From Dehalococcoidia bacterium (lineage in GTDB: Bacteria > Chloroflexota > Dehalococcoidia > Lucifugimonadales > UBA826), in contig JBJLGX010000022.1 of assembly GCA_045564655.1 (NCBI GenBank), positions 9,274-73,273 on the forward strand: a DNA stretch of 64,000 nt. The letters run 5' to 3'. The notes below the pieces were generated by a model. It saw only the letters and a program-made list of their open reading frames with translations. It did no database searches and was not told where the DNA came from. This document shows positions 1-8,663 of this stretch, in pieces; the first letter of the stretch is position 1, and each line of letters begins with the position of its first letter. Both the position numbers and the translations under genes were made by a program.

Positions 1-633
1 TTTCATTTTATATTAAGGAATTTGTCTCAAGCAGTAGTTCTATTTTAATTTTGGGCTGTCCTACTGATATTCAAAAAGAGATAACTGAAAAATTTGAAAA
101 TCTGACATTTTTAAACTTCTTTAATTCTGAAGAATTAGAAGAATCTTTAAAAGATAAACAAAAGTATGAACTCATTATTATTCCTTTTTTGGCAATGATG
201 TCTGTTGTAGACCACAGAGAACAAGAAAAAATATTAAAGATTTTAAAGAATCACATCTTGCCTTCTGGGAAGCTTGTTTTTGATATAGAAACACCGGATA
301 TGCAAGTTATGTTGTGTGATCCGTCAACGATTTTTTTTTGAAGAGCAAATTAATATACCTGAAAAACCAGACTCTATAATGTTACACACTCAAAGAGATT
401 ATGAAGAATATACACAAATTCTACATTTGAAAGTATTTGCAGAATTTTTAGATTCATCTGGGGTGGTTACTTGCAAAATTATGCATCAAATAAAATCTCG
501 GTACACGTTCAAGTGGGAAATGTATAACTTACTTCTTCTTTGTGGATTTGATGTTATCGATATATACGGTGATCATAGCAAAGGGGATTTCACAGAAGAA
601 AGCCCTAACATGGTTTGGGTATCTTCATTTTAG
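1..633 (+). pseudogene. Class I SAM-dependent methyltransferase, 5' end outside the window, frame broken at a T9 run
   Basis: The frame of ORF 51-341 stays open back to base 3 (...SSILILGCPTD, at the position of the glycine-rich SAM loop). The same protein continues in ORF 316-633 after a 1-nt frame change inside ttttttttt (331-339). Confidence 0.6.
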
Positions 634-794
634 AAATTTACATTTAAGATCAAAAAATTATTAAATTATCAACAATATCCCTCTTGACATTGTGGTTCGT
701 ATAATACAAACTAGTGAACCCTACTTCAGTAATTAATATTACATAAGTTTAAAACAATAAGATAATTAATAAATGGCCCGGAGAAAATAAATTA

Positions 795-962
795 ATGGTT
801 TACTATAGATCTTGCCCTAAATGTCGAGGAGATATGCACTCTAGAGAAGATGTTTATGGAAACTTTCGAGAATGCCTGCAGTGTGGATTAATTCAAGACC
901 TTAAAGAATTGGTTAATAAACTTAAGCAACCAGTTCATAATAAAAAGGGCGAAGCAGCTTAG
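795..962 (+). CDS. 55-aa zinc-ribbon micro-protein (CPKC-x16-CLQC, basic tail ending in AA)
   Basis: ATG at 795 lies 10 nt after GGAGA (780-784) and the TAG stop is at 960-962. Translation: MVYYRSCPKCRGDMHSREDVYGNFRECLQCGLIQDLKELVNKLKQPVHNKKGEAA. It is below the 60-aa cutoff of the supplied track. The Cys spacing is identical to that of the ORF at 34585. Confidence 0.4.
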   Translation: MVYYRSCPKCRGDMHSREDVYGNFRECLQCGLIQDLKELVNKLKQPVHNKKGEAA

Positions 963-1013
963 GTAAATTATTTCAATATCGTTATTAAACCTGCTTAATT
1001 TAACCGCCATGTA

Positions 1014-1042
1014 TTGACTGTGATTCTTTGTCTGATTAAAAT
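1014..1042 (+). promoter_or_regulatory. Sigma-70-like promoter (TTGACT-17-TAAAAT) upstream of the iscA-type gene
   Basis: TTGACT at 1014-1019, a 17-nt spacer, TAAAAT at 1037-1042, about 55 nt before the ATG at 1098. Confidence 0.45.
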
Positions 1043-1097
1043 TACATCATCTACTATATTTCTATGTTAGACAGAAATAAGTTTTACGGAGTTAAGA

Positions 1098-1454
1098 ATG
1101 GCTACTAGAATTTCACCAGAACCTTTGACAATTACAATAAGTGAAGAAGCAGCTAAACACGTAAAACAATTTGCAGTTGCCGAAGGTAAACCCGACGCTA
1201 ATTTAAGAGTTGGTGTTAAGGGAGGAGGCTGTTCGGGACTAACATATATTTTAGAAATTATTGATGATGAACCAGATGTTGAAGACAAACTGATTGAAGA
1301 ACATGACGTTAAGCTATACGTAGATAAGAAATCTTATATTTTCTTAGCAGGTACTGTTTTAGAGTATTCAGGTGGATTGAACGGTAAAGGCTTTGTTTTT
1401 AATAATCCCAATGCTAAAACAACATGTGGCTGTGGAACATCTTTTAGTGTCTAG
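1098..1454 (+). CDS. HesB/IscA-family iron-sulfur cluster insertion protein
   Basis: 118 aa. Has the internal GGGCSG motif and the C-terminal CGCGTSF motif typical of A-type Fe-S carriers. Confidence 0.9.
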   Translation: MATRISPEPLTITISEEAAKHVKQFAVAEGKPDANLRVGVKGGGCSGLTYILEIIDDEPDVEDKLIEEHDVKLYVDKKSYIFLAGTVLEYSGGLNGKGFVFNNPNAKTTCGCGTSFSV

Positions 1455-1502
1455 AGATAGATTTCTTCGAATCTTTTTTAATCTATAAAAGAGCAGAATA
1501 AA

Positions 1503-2396
1503 ATGGATCCTTTTTCCTTCATTGACTTAACATCTATTCATGCAAGACTAAAGCTTTGTGGTGAAGACAAAGTAGACTTACTAGATCGACTTAGTACAAA
1601 TGATATTTCTACCTTAAAAGAATCCGGTCAGGGAATATCTACGGTTTTGACTACTAATAAGGGAAGAATTATAGATCTGTTAAAAATTTATTTTTTTACA
1701 GATCATTTAATGTTAATTTCCGATATAGAATCCGTTGCCAAAGTTTCTGAATGGATCGAGTTTTATACGATTATGGAAGATGTTACGCAAAAAGATGTTT
1801 CTCATGAAACATTTCAAATTAGAATATTTTCAGATAATCCGAAGTGTATATTTTCAGAAATAGATAACTATAAAGAAGATGATTTTTTCATAGGAAATTT
1901 GAATGGGACAGAGCTTGTAGTTATTGCTAATAAAATGAATCAGAAAAATTGTGTTGATATTATTGGTCAAATATCTGACAAAAAAGAAATTATTGAATAC
2001 CTTAAAACTGATGGAACTCAATTAGATGAAGATCAATTTGAGAATATTAGAATTTCATTAGGTTATCCAAAATTTGGAACTGAATTAACAGAGGAATTTA
2101 ACCCACTAGAGGCACTTTTGATTAACCATATTAGTTTTAATAAAGGTTGCTACATTGGCCAAGAAGTTGTTGCAAGGCTTAATACTTATGACAAAGTGCA
2201 GCGTCAAATGGTAAAACTATCCAGTGATACTAAGTTACAGTTGGGGGATTTAAAATTTCGAGGTAATATTGTGGGTAAAATAACTTCTGCTTTTAATCAT
2301 GAAGGTATTGGATTTATTAAAAAAAATGTTCTTGGTGATACTAATCAACTTGAATCAAATGAATCTACAGTAGAGATTACACCTATTACAACATGA
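1503..2396 (+). CDS. ygfZ: YgfZ/CAF17-type folate-binding protein (GcvT-like fold)
   Basis: Carries the signature KGCYIGQE (NKGCYIGQEVVARL). It sits next to the iscA-type gene, which is a known association. Confidence 0.75.
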   Translation: MDPFSFIDLTSIHARLKLCGEDKVDLLDRLSTNDISTLKESGQGISTVLTTNKGRIIDLLKIYFFTDHLMLISDIESVAKVSEWIEFYTIMEDVTQKDVSHETFQIRIFSDNPKCIFSEIDNYKEDDFFIGNLNGTELVVIANKMNQKNCVDIIGQISDKKEIIEYLKTDGTQLDEDQFENIRISLGYPKFGTELTEEFNPLEALLINHISFNKGCYIGQEVVARLNTYDKVQRQMVKLSSDTKLQLGDLKFRGNIVGKITSAFNHEGIGFIKKNVLGDTNQLESNESTVEITPITT

Positions 2397-3814
2397 CTCA
2401 ACCTAATGTTATTCACTGGTTTAATCAAGATTTACGTTTATTAGATAATCCGGCCTTATTTGATTCAGCAAAAGATAAGCATGTTTTAGCTGTATATATA
2501 CTAGATGATCTTAATGAATCTAATAATTCTATTGGTCAGACAAGCAAGGTTTGGTTACATCATTCGCTTGAATCATTAAATGAAAGCATGGGTGGCAAAT
2601 TATCTTTTTTTAGAGGAGACCCTCTATCTATTCTTTCTAAATTATGTAGTAAATATCAAATAAATGAAATTTTCTGGAATCAAATTTATGAACCACATAT
2701 TATTAAAAGAGACGAACATATTAAAGAGCAAATGGCTCTCCAAGGAGTGATTTCGAATACTTATAATGCATCACTTCTTTGGCATCCAGATAATATAAAA
2801 AAAGATGATGGGTCTCCTTATAAGGTTTTCACTCCTTTTTATCGGAAAGGATGTTTAGTAAATGCTCCTGATCCACGGAAACCACTACCGCTTCCAGAAA
2901 ACATACACTTTTTAGATAAAGATGGCGACTCACTTAAAGTAAAGGATTTAGAATTATTGCCAAATATTAGTTGGGATAAAAAAATATCTCAATATTGGAA
3001 TATAGGAGAAGTAGCGGCACATGTACAATTATCCAAATTTTTAGAAATTGGGATAAAAGATTATAAAGAAGGTCGAAATTATCCCGCAAAGTCTTATGTT
3101 TCTAAATTATCTCCTTATATTCATTTTGGAGAAATTTCTCCAAATCAGATTTGGTATAAGTTAAAACAATTAGATTTTAATAAAAATATAGATCATTTTA
3201 TGAGTGAACTTGGATGGAGAGAATTTTCATATAGCCAACTTTACTTTAATCCTGATTTACGTACTAAAAATCTCCAACCTAAATTTGATAGGTTCCCATG
3301 GAAATATGATAAACCCAACCTTTTAGCATGGCAAAAAGGATTAACGGGAGTGCCTATAGTTGATGCAGGAATGAGGCAATTATGGCAGACGGGATATATT
3401 CATAACCGAGTTCGCATGATCGTCGCTTCTTTTTTAGTAAAAAACTTGTTATTACATTGGCACTATGGAGAACAGTGGTTTTGGGATTGCCTAGTAGATG
3501 CTGATTTAGCTAGTAATAGTGCGGGTTGGCAGTGGGTGGCAGGTTCTGGTGCAGATGCAGCTCCGTATTTTCGTATTTTTAATCCTGTTACACAAGGACA
3601 AAAATTTGACCCAGATGGAGAATATGTTAGGAGTTACGTACCAGAATTAGAGAAATTGCCTAACAAGTATTTATTTAACCCATGGGAGGCCCCTGATTTC
3701 GTTTTACAAGAATCAGAGGTTTTCTTGGGTGTAAATTACCCTAATCCTATTGTGGATATAAAAGAATCGCGTAAAAAAGCATTAGGTGCTTTTGAGTCAA
3801 TTAAAACAACTTAG
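2393..3814 (+). CDS. phr: Deoxyribodipyrimidine photolyase / cryptochrome family (class I type)
   Basis: N-terminal IHWFNQDLRL. The FAD-binding region reads GYIHNRVRMIVASFLVKNL...WFWDCLVDADLASNSAGWQWVAGSGADAAPYFRIFNP. There is a 4-nt overlap with the upstream gene. Confidence 0.92.
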   Translation: MTQPNVIHWFNQDLRLLDNPALFDSAKDKHVLAVYILDDLNESNNSIGQTSKVWLHHSLESLNESMGGKLSFFRGDPLSILSKLCSKYQINEIFWNQIYEPHIIKRDEHIKEQMALQGVISNTYNASLLWHPDNIKKDDGSPYKVFTPFYRKGCLVNAPDPRKPLPLPENIHFLDKDGDSLKVKDLELLPNISWDKKISQYWNIGEVAAHVQLSKFLEIGIKDYKEGRNYPAKSYVSKLSPYIHFGEISPNQIWYKLKQLDFNKNIDHFMSELGWREFSYSQLYFNPDLRTKNLQPKFDRFPWKYDKPNLLAWQKGLTGVPIVDAGMRQLWQTGYIHNRVRMIVASFLVKNLLLHWHYGEQWFWDCLVDADLASNSAGWQWVAGSGADAAPYFRIFNPVTQGQKFDPDGEYVRSYVPELEKLPNKYLFNPWEAPDFVLQESEVFLGVNYPNPIVDIKESRKKALGAFESIKTT

Positions 3815-3820
3815 TAATAA

Positions 3821-4576
3821 TTACATATTTGTCGTTAACGTAATTCCCCCATCAACGACAATGACTTGGCCTCTAATCATCTCTGCATCTTTTGTACATA
3901 AAAATGCGGTTACTTTTGCAATATCTTCAACTTCAAGAATTTTATTGGAAGGATTGTTTTTCCCAGCGTTTAGCATTTCTTCCTTGTTTGGGAAACTGTC
4001 TAATGCGCCAGTTTCCACATATCCACCCGAAACAGCATTAACGTTTATGTTTTGATCGGCAAGTTCAATTGCTAAATAGCGAGTAATAGATTCTAAAGCT
4101 GCTTTTGATGCACCTACAGCTGTGTAATAAGGTAAGACGTGTCGAGATCCTTCAGAGCTAATATTAACGATGCTTCCTCCATTTTTCATTAGCTTTGAAG
4201 CCTGTATTGAACATAACCAAGGAGCTCTAGCATTAATATTCATTGTCCAATCCCAATGTTTTGCCGTTAAATCTTTCGCATCTCTTTGAACACCAGACGC
4301 TGCATTATTAATTAGAACATCTAAAGTGCCAAATTTTTTTGATATTTCATTAAAAAGATCTTCAATTTTATCTGGATCTCCTAAATGAGCTTTAATTTTT
4401 AAACATTTAACTCCTAAGTCATTTAATTCTTCTTCAGTTTTTTGGGCAGATTCATGATCTTTAAGGTAGTTAAATATTATGTTTGATCCTCGACGTGCAA
4501 ATTCTAGGGCGATAGCTTTCCCTATTCCTCTTGACCCTCCAGTTATTAGTGTGTTTCTACCTGAAAAATCTGTCAT
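3821..4576 (-). CDS. fabL: SDR, enoyl-ACP reductase FabL-like
   Basis: TGGSRGIGKA and YxxxK (YTAVGASKAAL). The C-terminal half reads like Bacillus FabL (NVNAVSGGYVETGALDSFPN...MIRGQVIVVDGG). It is the last gene of the plsX-fabG string. Confidence 0.65.
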   Translation of the reverse strand: MTDFSGRNTLITGGSRGIGKAIALEFARRGSNIIFNYLKDHESAQKTEEELNDLGVKCLKIKAHLGDPDKIEDLFNEISKKFGTLDVLINNAASGVQRDAKDLTAKHWDWTMNINARAPWLCSIQASKLMKNGGSIVNISSEGSRHVLPYYTAVGASKAALESITRYLAIELADQNINVNAVSGGYVETGALDSFPNKEEMLNAGKNNPSNKILEVEDIAKVTAFLCTKDAEMIRGQVIVVDGGITLTTNM

Positions 4577-4578
4577 GA

Positions 4579-5346
4579 TTAAATCGCCATTCCTCCATCA
4601 ATACTTATGACTTGTCCGGTTACATATTTAGCTTTATTGCTAGCTAAATAGCCTACCATGTTAGCAATATCTTCTACCTCTCCAAATCTTTGCATGGGAA
4701 TCCATGTCATGATTGTTTCTTTTTGTTTGTCAGTAAGAGTAGCAACAGTATCTGTACTAATATAACCCGGAGTTATGGTGTTTACAGTTATATTTCGAGT
4801 TGCTACTTCTTTTGCTAGCGCAAATGTGAAACCGTTAATTGCTGCTTTTGAAGCTGTGTAATTAGTTTGTCCTATATTTCCTCTTAATCCAACAACGGAT
4901 CCTATATTTATGATTCTTCCCCATTTACTTTTAAACATAGATTTCACTGCTGCCCTAGAACAATAAAATGTACCGTTCAGATTTGTATCGATAACTCTTT
5001 CCCAGGCTTCATCTTTCATTCTAAGTAGCAAACTATCATCGATAATTCCAGCATTATTAATCAATATGTCTATCTGCGAAAAACGGTTCAGGGTTTCATC
5101 TATCATTGCATTTACTTGATTTAAATCTCCCACATTTGCTTGAGTTGCAAATGAGTCAACGCCTAGAGATTTGATCTCTGCCACTGTTTTCAACGCTTCG
5201 GATTCCGAAGAATTGTAGTTAATAGCAACATTAACTCCCATTTTTGCTAACTCTAATGCAGATGCCTTACCGATACCTTTGGCAGCCCCAGTTACAAGTG
5301 CAAATTTTCCTGATATAGAATCTTCATCATTGTTTTCGTGATTCAC
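4579..5346 (-). CDS. fabG: 3-oxoacyl-ACP reductase
   Basis: TGAAKGIGKA, NNAGI and YTASKAAINGFTFALAKE. Located directly downstream of plsX. Confidence 0.85.
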   Translation of the reverse strand: MNHENNDEDSISGKFALVTGAAKGIGKASALELAKMGVNVAINYNSSESEALKTVAEIKSLGVDSFATQANVGDLNQVNAMIDETLNRFSQIDILINNAGIIDDSLLLRMKDEAWERVIDTNLNGTFYCSRAAVKSMFKSKWGRIINIGSVVGLRGNIGQTNYTASKAAINGFTFALAKEVATRNITVNTITPGYISTDTVATLTDKQKETIMTWIPMQRFGEVEDIANMVGYLASNKAKYVTGQVISIDGGMAI

Positions 5347-5387
5347 AAGTTCTCCTAAATTTGAGCATATGAATAATTAAGCTCTTA

Positions 5388-6395
5388 TTAGTTTATCGTA
5401 GACATTACTGCAGGAACCTTTTTACCCATTTCTTCGATCAGTTTTGTTTCAATACACATACGTGCTAAGTTTACAGCCCTTTCTATGGTGCCAGATGTTG
5501 CACTGCCATGGCCAACAATGCTTACACCGTTTACGCCGTAAACTGGTCCCCCTCCCCTTGAATCAGTGACATTATTTTTTTGATATAAGTCTTTTAATAG
5601 GGATTCGATGTTGTTAGGGTCTATTTTGCCAGTTAGATAATCTTGTAATTGAGCTGCTAATCCTTTTCCTAACCCTTCAACTAATTTAAGAACTATGTTT
5701 CCAACAAATCCATCACAGACTACTACATCGGCTTTTCCTGTTATTAGGTCATTTCCTTCAATGTTACCAATAAAATTTAGATCGCTTTTTTGGAATAGCG
5801 AATATGTTTCCTTGGTTAAGGAGTTTCCTTTTCCTTCTTCACTGCCAACACTTAGTATTCCAATTTTGGGATTTGTCACTTTTAGTAAAAGCTCACTGAA
5901 AACGGAACCTAATACTCCAAAACCAAGTAGCTGAGATGGCTTGCAGTCGATGTTTGACCCTAAGTCTAAAATTGTTTGGTTGGGCGCAGAACCTATGACA
6001 GGTCCTCCGATTGCTGGTCTTTCAATTCCCTCAATTGTTCCTAATACAACTACGGCGGCAGCCATTGTGCCTCCCGTGGAACCCATTGATACGACAGCAT
6101 CTGCTAAGCCCTTCTTTACTAGACCAGTGGAAACTAAAATCGAGGATTTAGGTTTTTGCCTTAATGCCATTGCAGGCGATTCTCCGTCTTCAATTTTTCC
6201 TTCTGAAGGAATTATTTTTATTGGTAAGGATTTACTGTCATGTTTCTTAAGTTCATCTTGAAGAACAATAGGGTCACCTACGAGGAGTATTTCATTATTA
6301 TCATTTTGTGATGCTTTGATAGCACCTTCAACTGGAGCTTCAGGTGCGTTGTCACCACCCATTGCATCTATAGCTATAGTTAATTTTTGTTTCAT
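5388..6395 (-). CDS. plsX: Phosphate acyltransferase PlsX
   Basis: MKQKLTIAIDAMGGDNAPE is the canonical PlsX N-terminus. I prefer the start at 6395 (4-nt overlap with the upstream stop) over the track start at 6437. Confidence 0.9.
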   Translation of the reverse strand: MKQKLTIAIDAMGGDNAPEAPVEGAIKASQNDNNEILLVGDPIVLQDELKKHDSKSLPIKIIPSEGKIEDGESPAMALRQKPKSSILVSTGLVKKGLADAVVSMGSTGGTMAAAVVVLGTIEGIERPAIGGPVIGSAPNQTILDLGSNIDCKPSQLLGFGVLGSVFSELLLKVTNPKIGILSVGSEEGKGNSLTKETYSLFQKSDLNFIGNIEGNDLITGKADVVVCDGFVGNIVLKLVEGLGKGLAAQLQDYLTGKIDPNNIESLLKDLYQKNNVTDSRGGGPVYGVNGVSIVGHGSATSGTIERAVNLARMCIETKLIEEMGKKVPAVMSTIN

Positions 6396-6805
6396 ATTGT
6401 CTCCTGATTTATAGGGGTGGATACAAAAGCGTCGCATGATATTACAACGTTCTCATTTGACGATATATCAATAACACAGTGTATGTCATTAGTTTTTTCT
6501 GATTTAGTTATTTTCTTTATGAATCCTGAAGCTCGGATAGTGTCATTTGGGTACACCGGTGATTTGAATCGTAATTTCATTTTTCCAGATGATTGCCATA
6601 ATTCTCCAAAATTAATAAGCATTATTTCAGAAATTGTCGCAGCAACCATCATTCCGTGTGCAATATTTTTACCAAATTGTGATTGCTTTCCAAATTCCTC
6701 GTCGATATGTATAGGATTAAAATCACCAGATACTTCTGCATATCGGTTAATGTTATCCTGAGCTATTGTTTTTTCAATAGGTTTTAATATATCACCTTCA
6801 TTCAT
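6392..6805 (-). CDS. MaoC-like (R)-specific hydratase/dehydratase, catalytic hot-dog subunit
   Basis: Hydratase-2 motif YAEVSGDFNPIH. 137-aa single hot-dog. Confidence 0.8.
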   Translation of the reverse strand: MNEGDILKPIEKTIAQDNINRYAEVSGDFNPIHIDEEFGKQSQFGKNIAHGMMVAATISEIMLINFGELWQSSGKMKLRFKSPVYPNDTIRASGFIKKITKSEKTNDIHCVIDISSNENVVISCDAFVSTPINQETI

Positions 6806-6820
6806 AAGTACACCAAAATA

Positions 6821-7231
6821 TTATGCTGGAAGCATAATGCTGCTTTTTCCTTCCATAACTAAAGAATTATTTTTATTATGAACTTCAATTCCTACAGACA
6901 TGAATCTCCAATCCTTTCTTACAGTATTAGATAATAAATGAGCTTCACACTTTAAGGTTTCTCCAATGGAAACACTGCTTTTGAAATTTATTTCTTGGCC
7001 AACATGGAGAGTCCCGCCAGGAATTTTCAAATCATTAACTACTCCTCGTAATCCAAGTGCCGCTATTATCATAGATGGAATATCTTCAGTGATTTGTTTT
7101 GAATTTTGATCCTGCGTTGCAGACAAATAATCATTAACAATTTTTTCATCTATAACGTAAGATCTTTTTGAAATAAGATCTCCTGATGATAAAGTTTCAT
7201 AATTAATATATTTTGAATTATCTGCTGTCAT
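6821..7231 (-). CDS. Hot-dog fold protein lacking the hydratase motif (HadA-like partner subunit)
   Basis: 136 aa, hot-dog-like length and pattern, no D-x-N-P-x-H motif. It lies 15 nt upstream of the catalytic MaoC gene. Confidence 0.55.
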   Translation of the reverse strand: MTADNSKYINYETLSSGDLISKRSYVIDEKIVNDYLSATQDQNSKQITEDIPSMIIAALGLRGVVNDLKIPGGTLHVGQEINFKSSVSIGETLKCEAHLLSNTVRKDWRFMSVGIEVHNKNNSLVMEGKSSIMLPA

Positions 7232-7265
7232 AACAAACCATTTTAAATTGAAAGAGTGTAAAACT

Positions 7266-7352
7266 TAATGCATTATAAAGTTGCTTGAGCGCGGTATCAA
7301 GAAAATTACGATGTTTATATACGATAAAGACAAGGTTATCTATAATGCATTA
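7266..7352. promoter_or_regulatory. Two copies of the perfect 10-bp palindrome TAATGCATTA in the divergent fab/serS intergenic region
   Basis: TAATGCATTA occurs at 7266-7275 and 7343-7352, 77 bp apart centre to centre. The second copy overlaps a TATAAT (7341-7346). Confidence 0.5.
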
Positions 7353-7380
7353 AATGATTTAAAACTAAAGGGAGCCTAAA

Positions 7381-8640
7381 TTGATTGATGTCGAATTGCT
7401 TAGAGGGAATCAGCAAATAATAAAAAATGCTGCTCGCAGAAGAAATCAAGATATACCAATTGAAAAGCCACAAGAACTTGATTTGGAGAGACGAAATATC
7501 ATTGTTGAACTTGATAATTTAAGAGCTCAACGTAATGAGACTTCTAAGATTATCGGCTCCTCTAAAGAAAAATCACCTGATCTAATTGCTGATATGAAAA
7601 ATGTTGGTATACGTATAAAAGAACTTGAAATAAAATTGAAAGATTTGAATGGAGAATTAAAAAACATACTTCTTAATATACCTAATATCCCCGCAGATTC
7701 AGCTCCTGATGGTAAGGATGAGAATGATAATGTAGAAATCCGTATTGTTGGTGAAAAACCTGATTTCAAGTTTGTTCCAAAGCCTCACTGGGAACTGGGT
7801 GAAAATTTAGGCATTATTGATCTGGAAAAAGGAGTTAAGTTAGCGCATACGAGATTTTATGTTTTGAAAGGTAAAGGGGCCACTCTGCAAAGATCTATTA
7901 TAGCGTGGATGCTTAATTTCCATACTAATAATCATGAGTACGAAGAACTTTATCTTCCCTATCTTGTAAACAGAGAAACAGTTACAGCATCCAGTCATTT
8001 ACCACATTTTGAAGAGAATATGTATCACGATAAAGAGGATGATTTATTCATGGTACCAACAGCAGAAGCACCGGTAACAGGGTTGTTTAGGGATGAAATT
8101 TTAGATGAAAACGAATTGCCTATGAGATTTGTATCCCATACTCCTTGTTGGCGTAGAGAAAAATTTTCTGCAGGAAGAGATACAAGAGGGATAAAGAGAG
8201 TTCATCAATTTGATAAAGTTGAAATGTATAAGTTTGTTAAACCCGAAACATCATTTGACGAATTAGAGTCTTTAGTTAAAGATGCAGAAGAAATATGTAT
8301 AGCTTTAGGTATACCTCATAGGGTTTTAGAATTATGTACAGGAGATTTGGGGTTTGCGGCTGCTAAGAGTTATGATGTGGAAATGTGGAGTGCTGCGACT
8401 CAAGAATGGCTGGAGGTTTCCTCTTGCTCTAACTGTACAGATTTTCAATCTAGAAGAGCCGCTATAAGGTATAAAAACAGCGAAGGTGGAAAGCCTAGGT
8501 TTTTACATACTCTAAATGGGTCGGGCTTAGCAATTCCGCGAGTCATGATTGCGATTATGGAAAATTATCAACAAGAAGACGGCTCAATTGTTGTACCTGA
8601 AGTTTTACGACCATATACTGGATTTGACGTAATAGATTAA
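7381..8640 (+). CDS. serS: Seryl-tRNA synthetase
   Basis: N-terminal coiled-coil arm, class II motifs (FRDE..., TPCWRRE, GSGLAIPR). TTG start 6 nt after AAGGGAG. Confidence 0.95.
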   Translation: MIDVELLRGNQQIIKNAARRRNQDIPIEKPQELDLERRNIIVELDNLRAQRNETSKIIGSSKEKSPDLIADMKNVGIRIKELEIKLKDLNGELKNILLNIPNIPADSAPDGKDENDNVEIRIVGEKPDFKFVPKPHWELGENLGIIDLEKGVKLAHTRFYVLKGKGATLQRSIIAWMLNFHTNNHEYEELYLPYLVNRETVTASSHLPHFEENMYHDKEDDLFMVPTAEAPVTGLFRDEILDENELPMRFVSHTPCWRREKFSAGRDTRGIKRVHQFDKVEMYKFVKPETSFDELESLVKDAEEICIALGIPHRVLELCTGDLGFAAAKSYDVEMWSAATQEWLEVSSCSNCTDFQSRRAAIRYKNSEGGKPRFLHTLNGSGLAIPRVMIAIMENYQQEDGSIVVPEVLRPYTGFDVID

Positions 8641-8663
8641 TTTTAGATTCTTAGGAGAATGAT

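Noticed and set aside
684-705. TTGACA (684-689) and TATAAT (700-705) look like a consensus promoter upstream of the first Zn-ribbon micro-ORF.
   Set aside because: The spacer is only 10 nt, which is incompatible with a sigma-70-type -35/-10 pair. The -10 alone might function, but I cannot support a promoter call.
1067-1288. Antisense ORF (73 aa) inside the iscA-type gene. Similar shadow ORFs are listed in the track at 3786-4055, 5695-6261, 6417-6761, 7527-7769, 9698-10072, 10481-10681, 11199-11408 and 11553-11966.
   Set aside because: Each is fully embedded opposite or out of frame within a gene that has strong family motifs. Their sequences are low-complexity and typical of shadow ORFs in AT-rich DNA, and none has an RBS.
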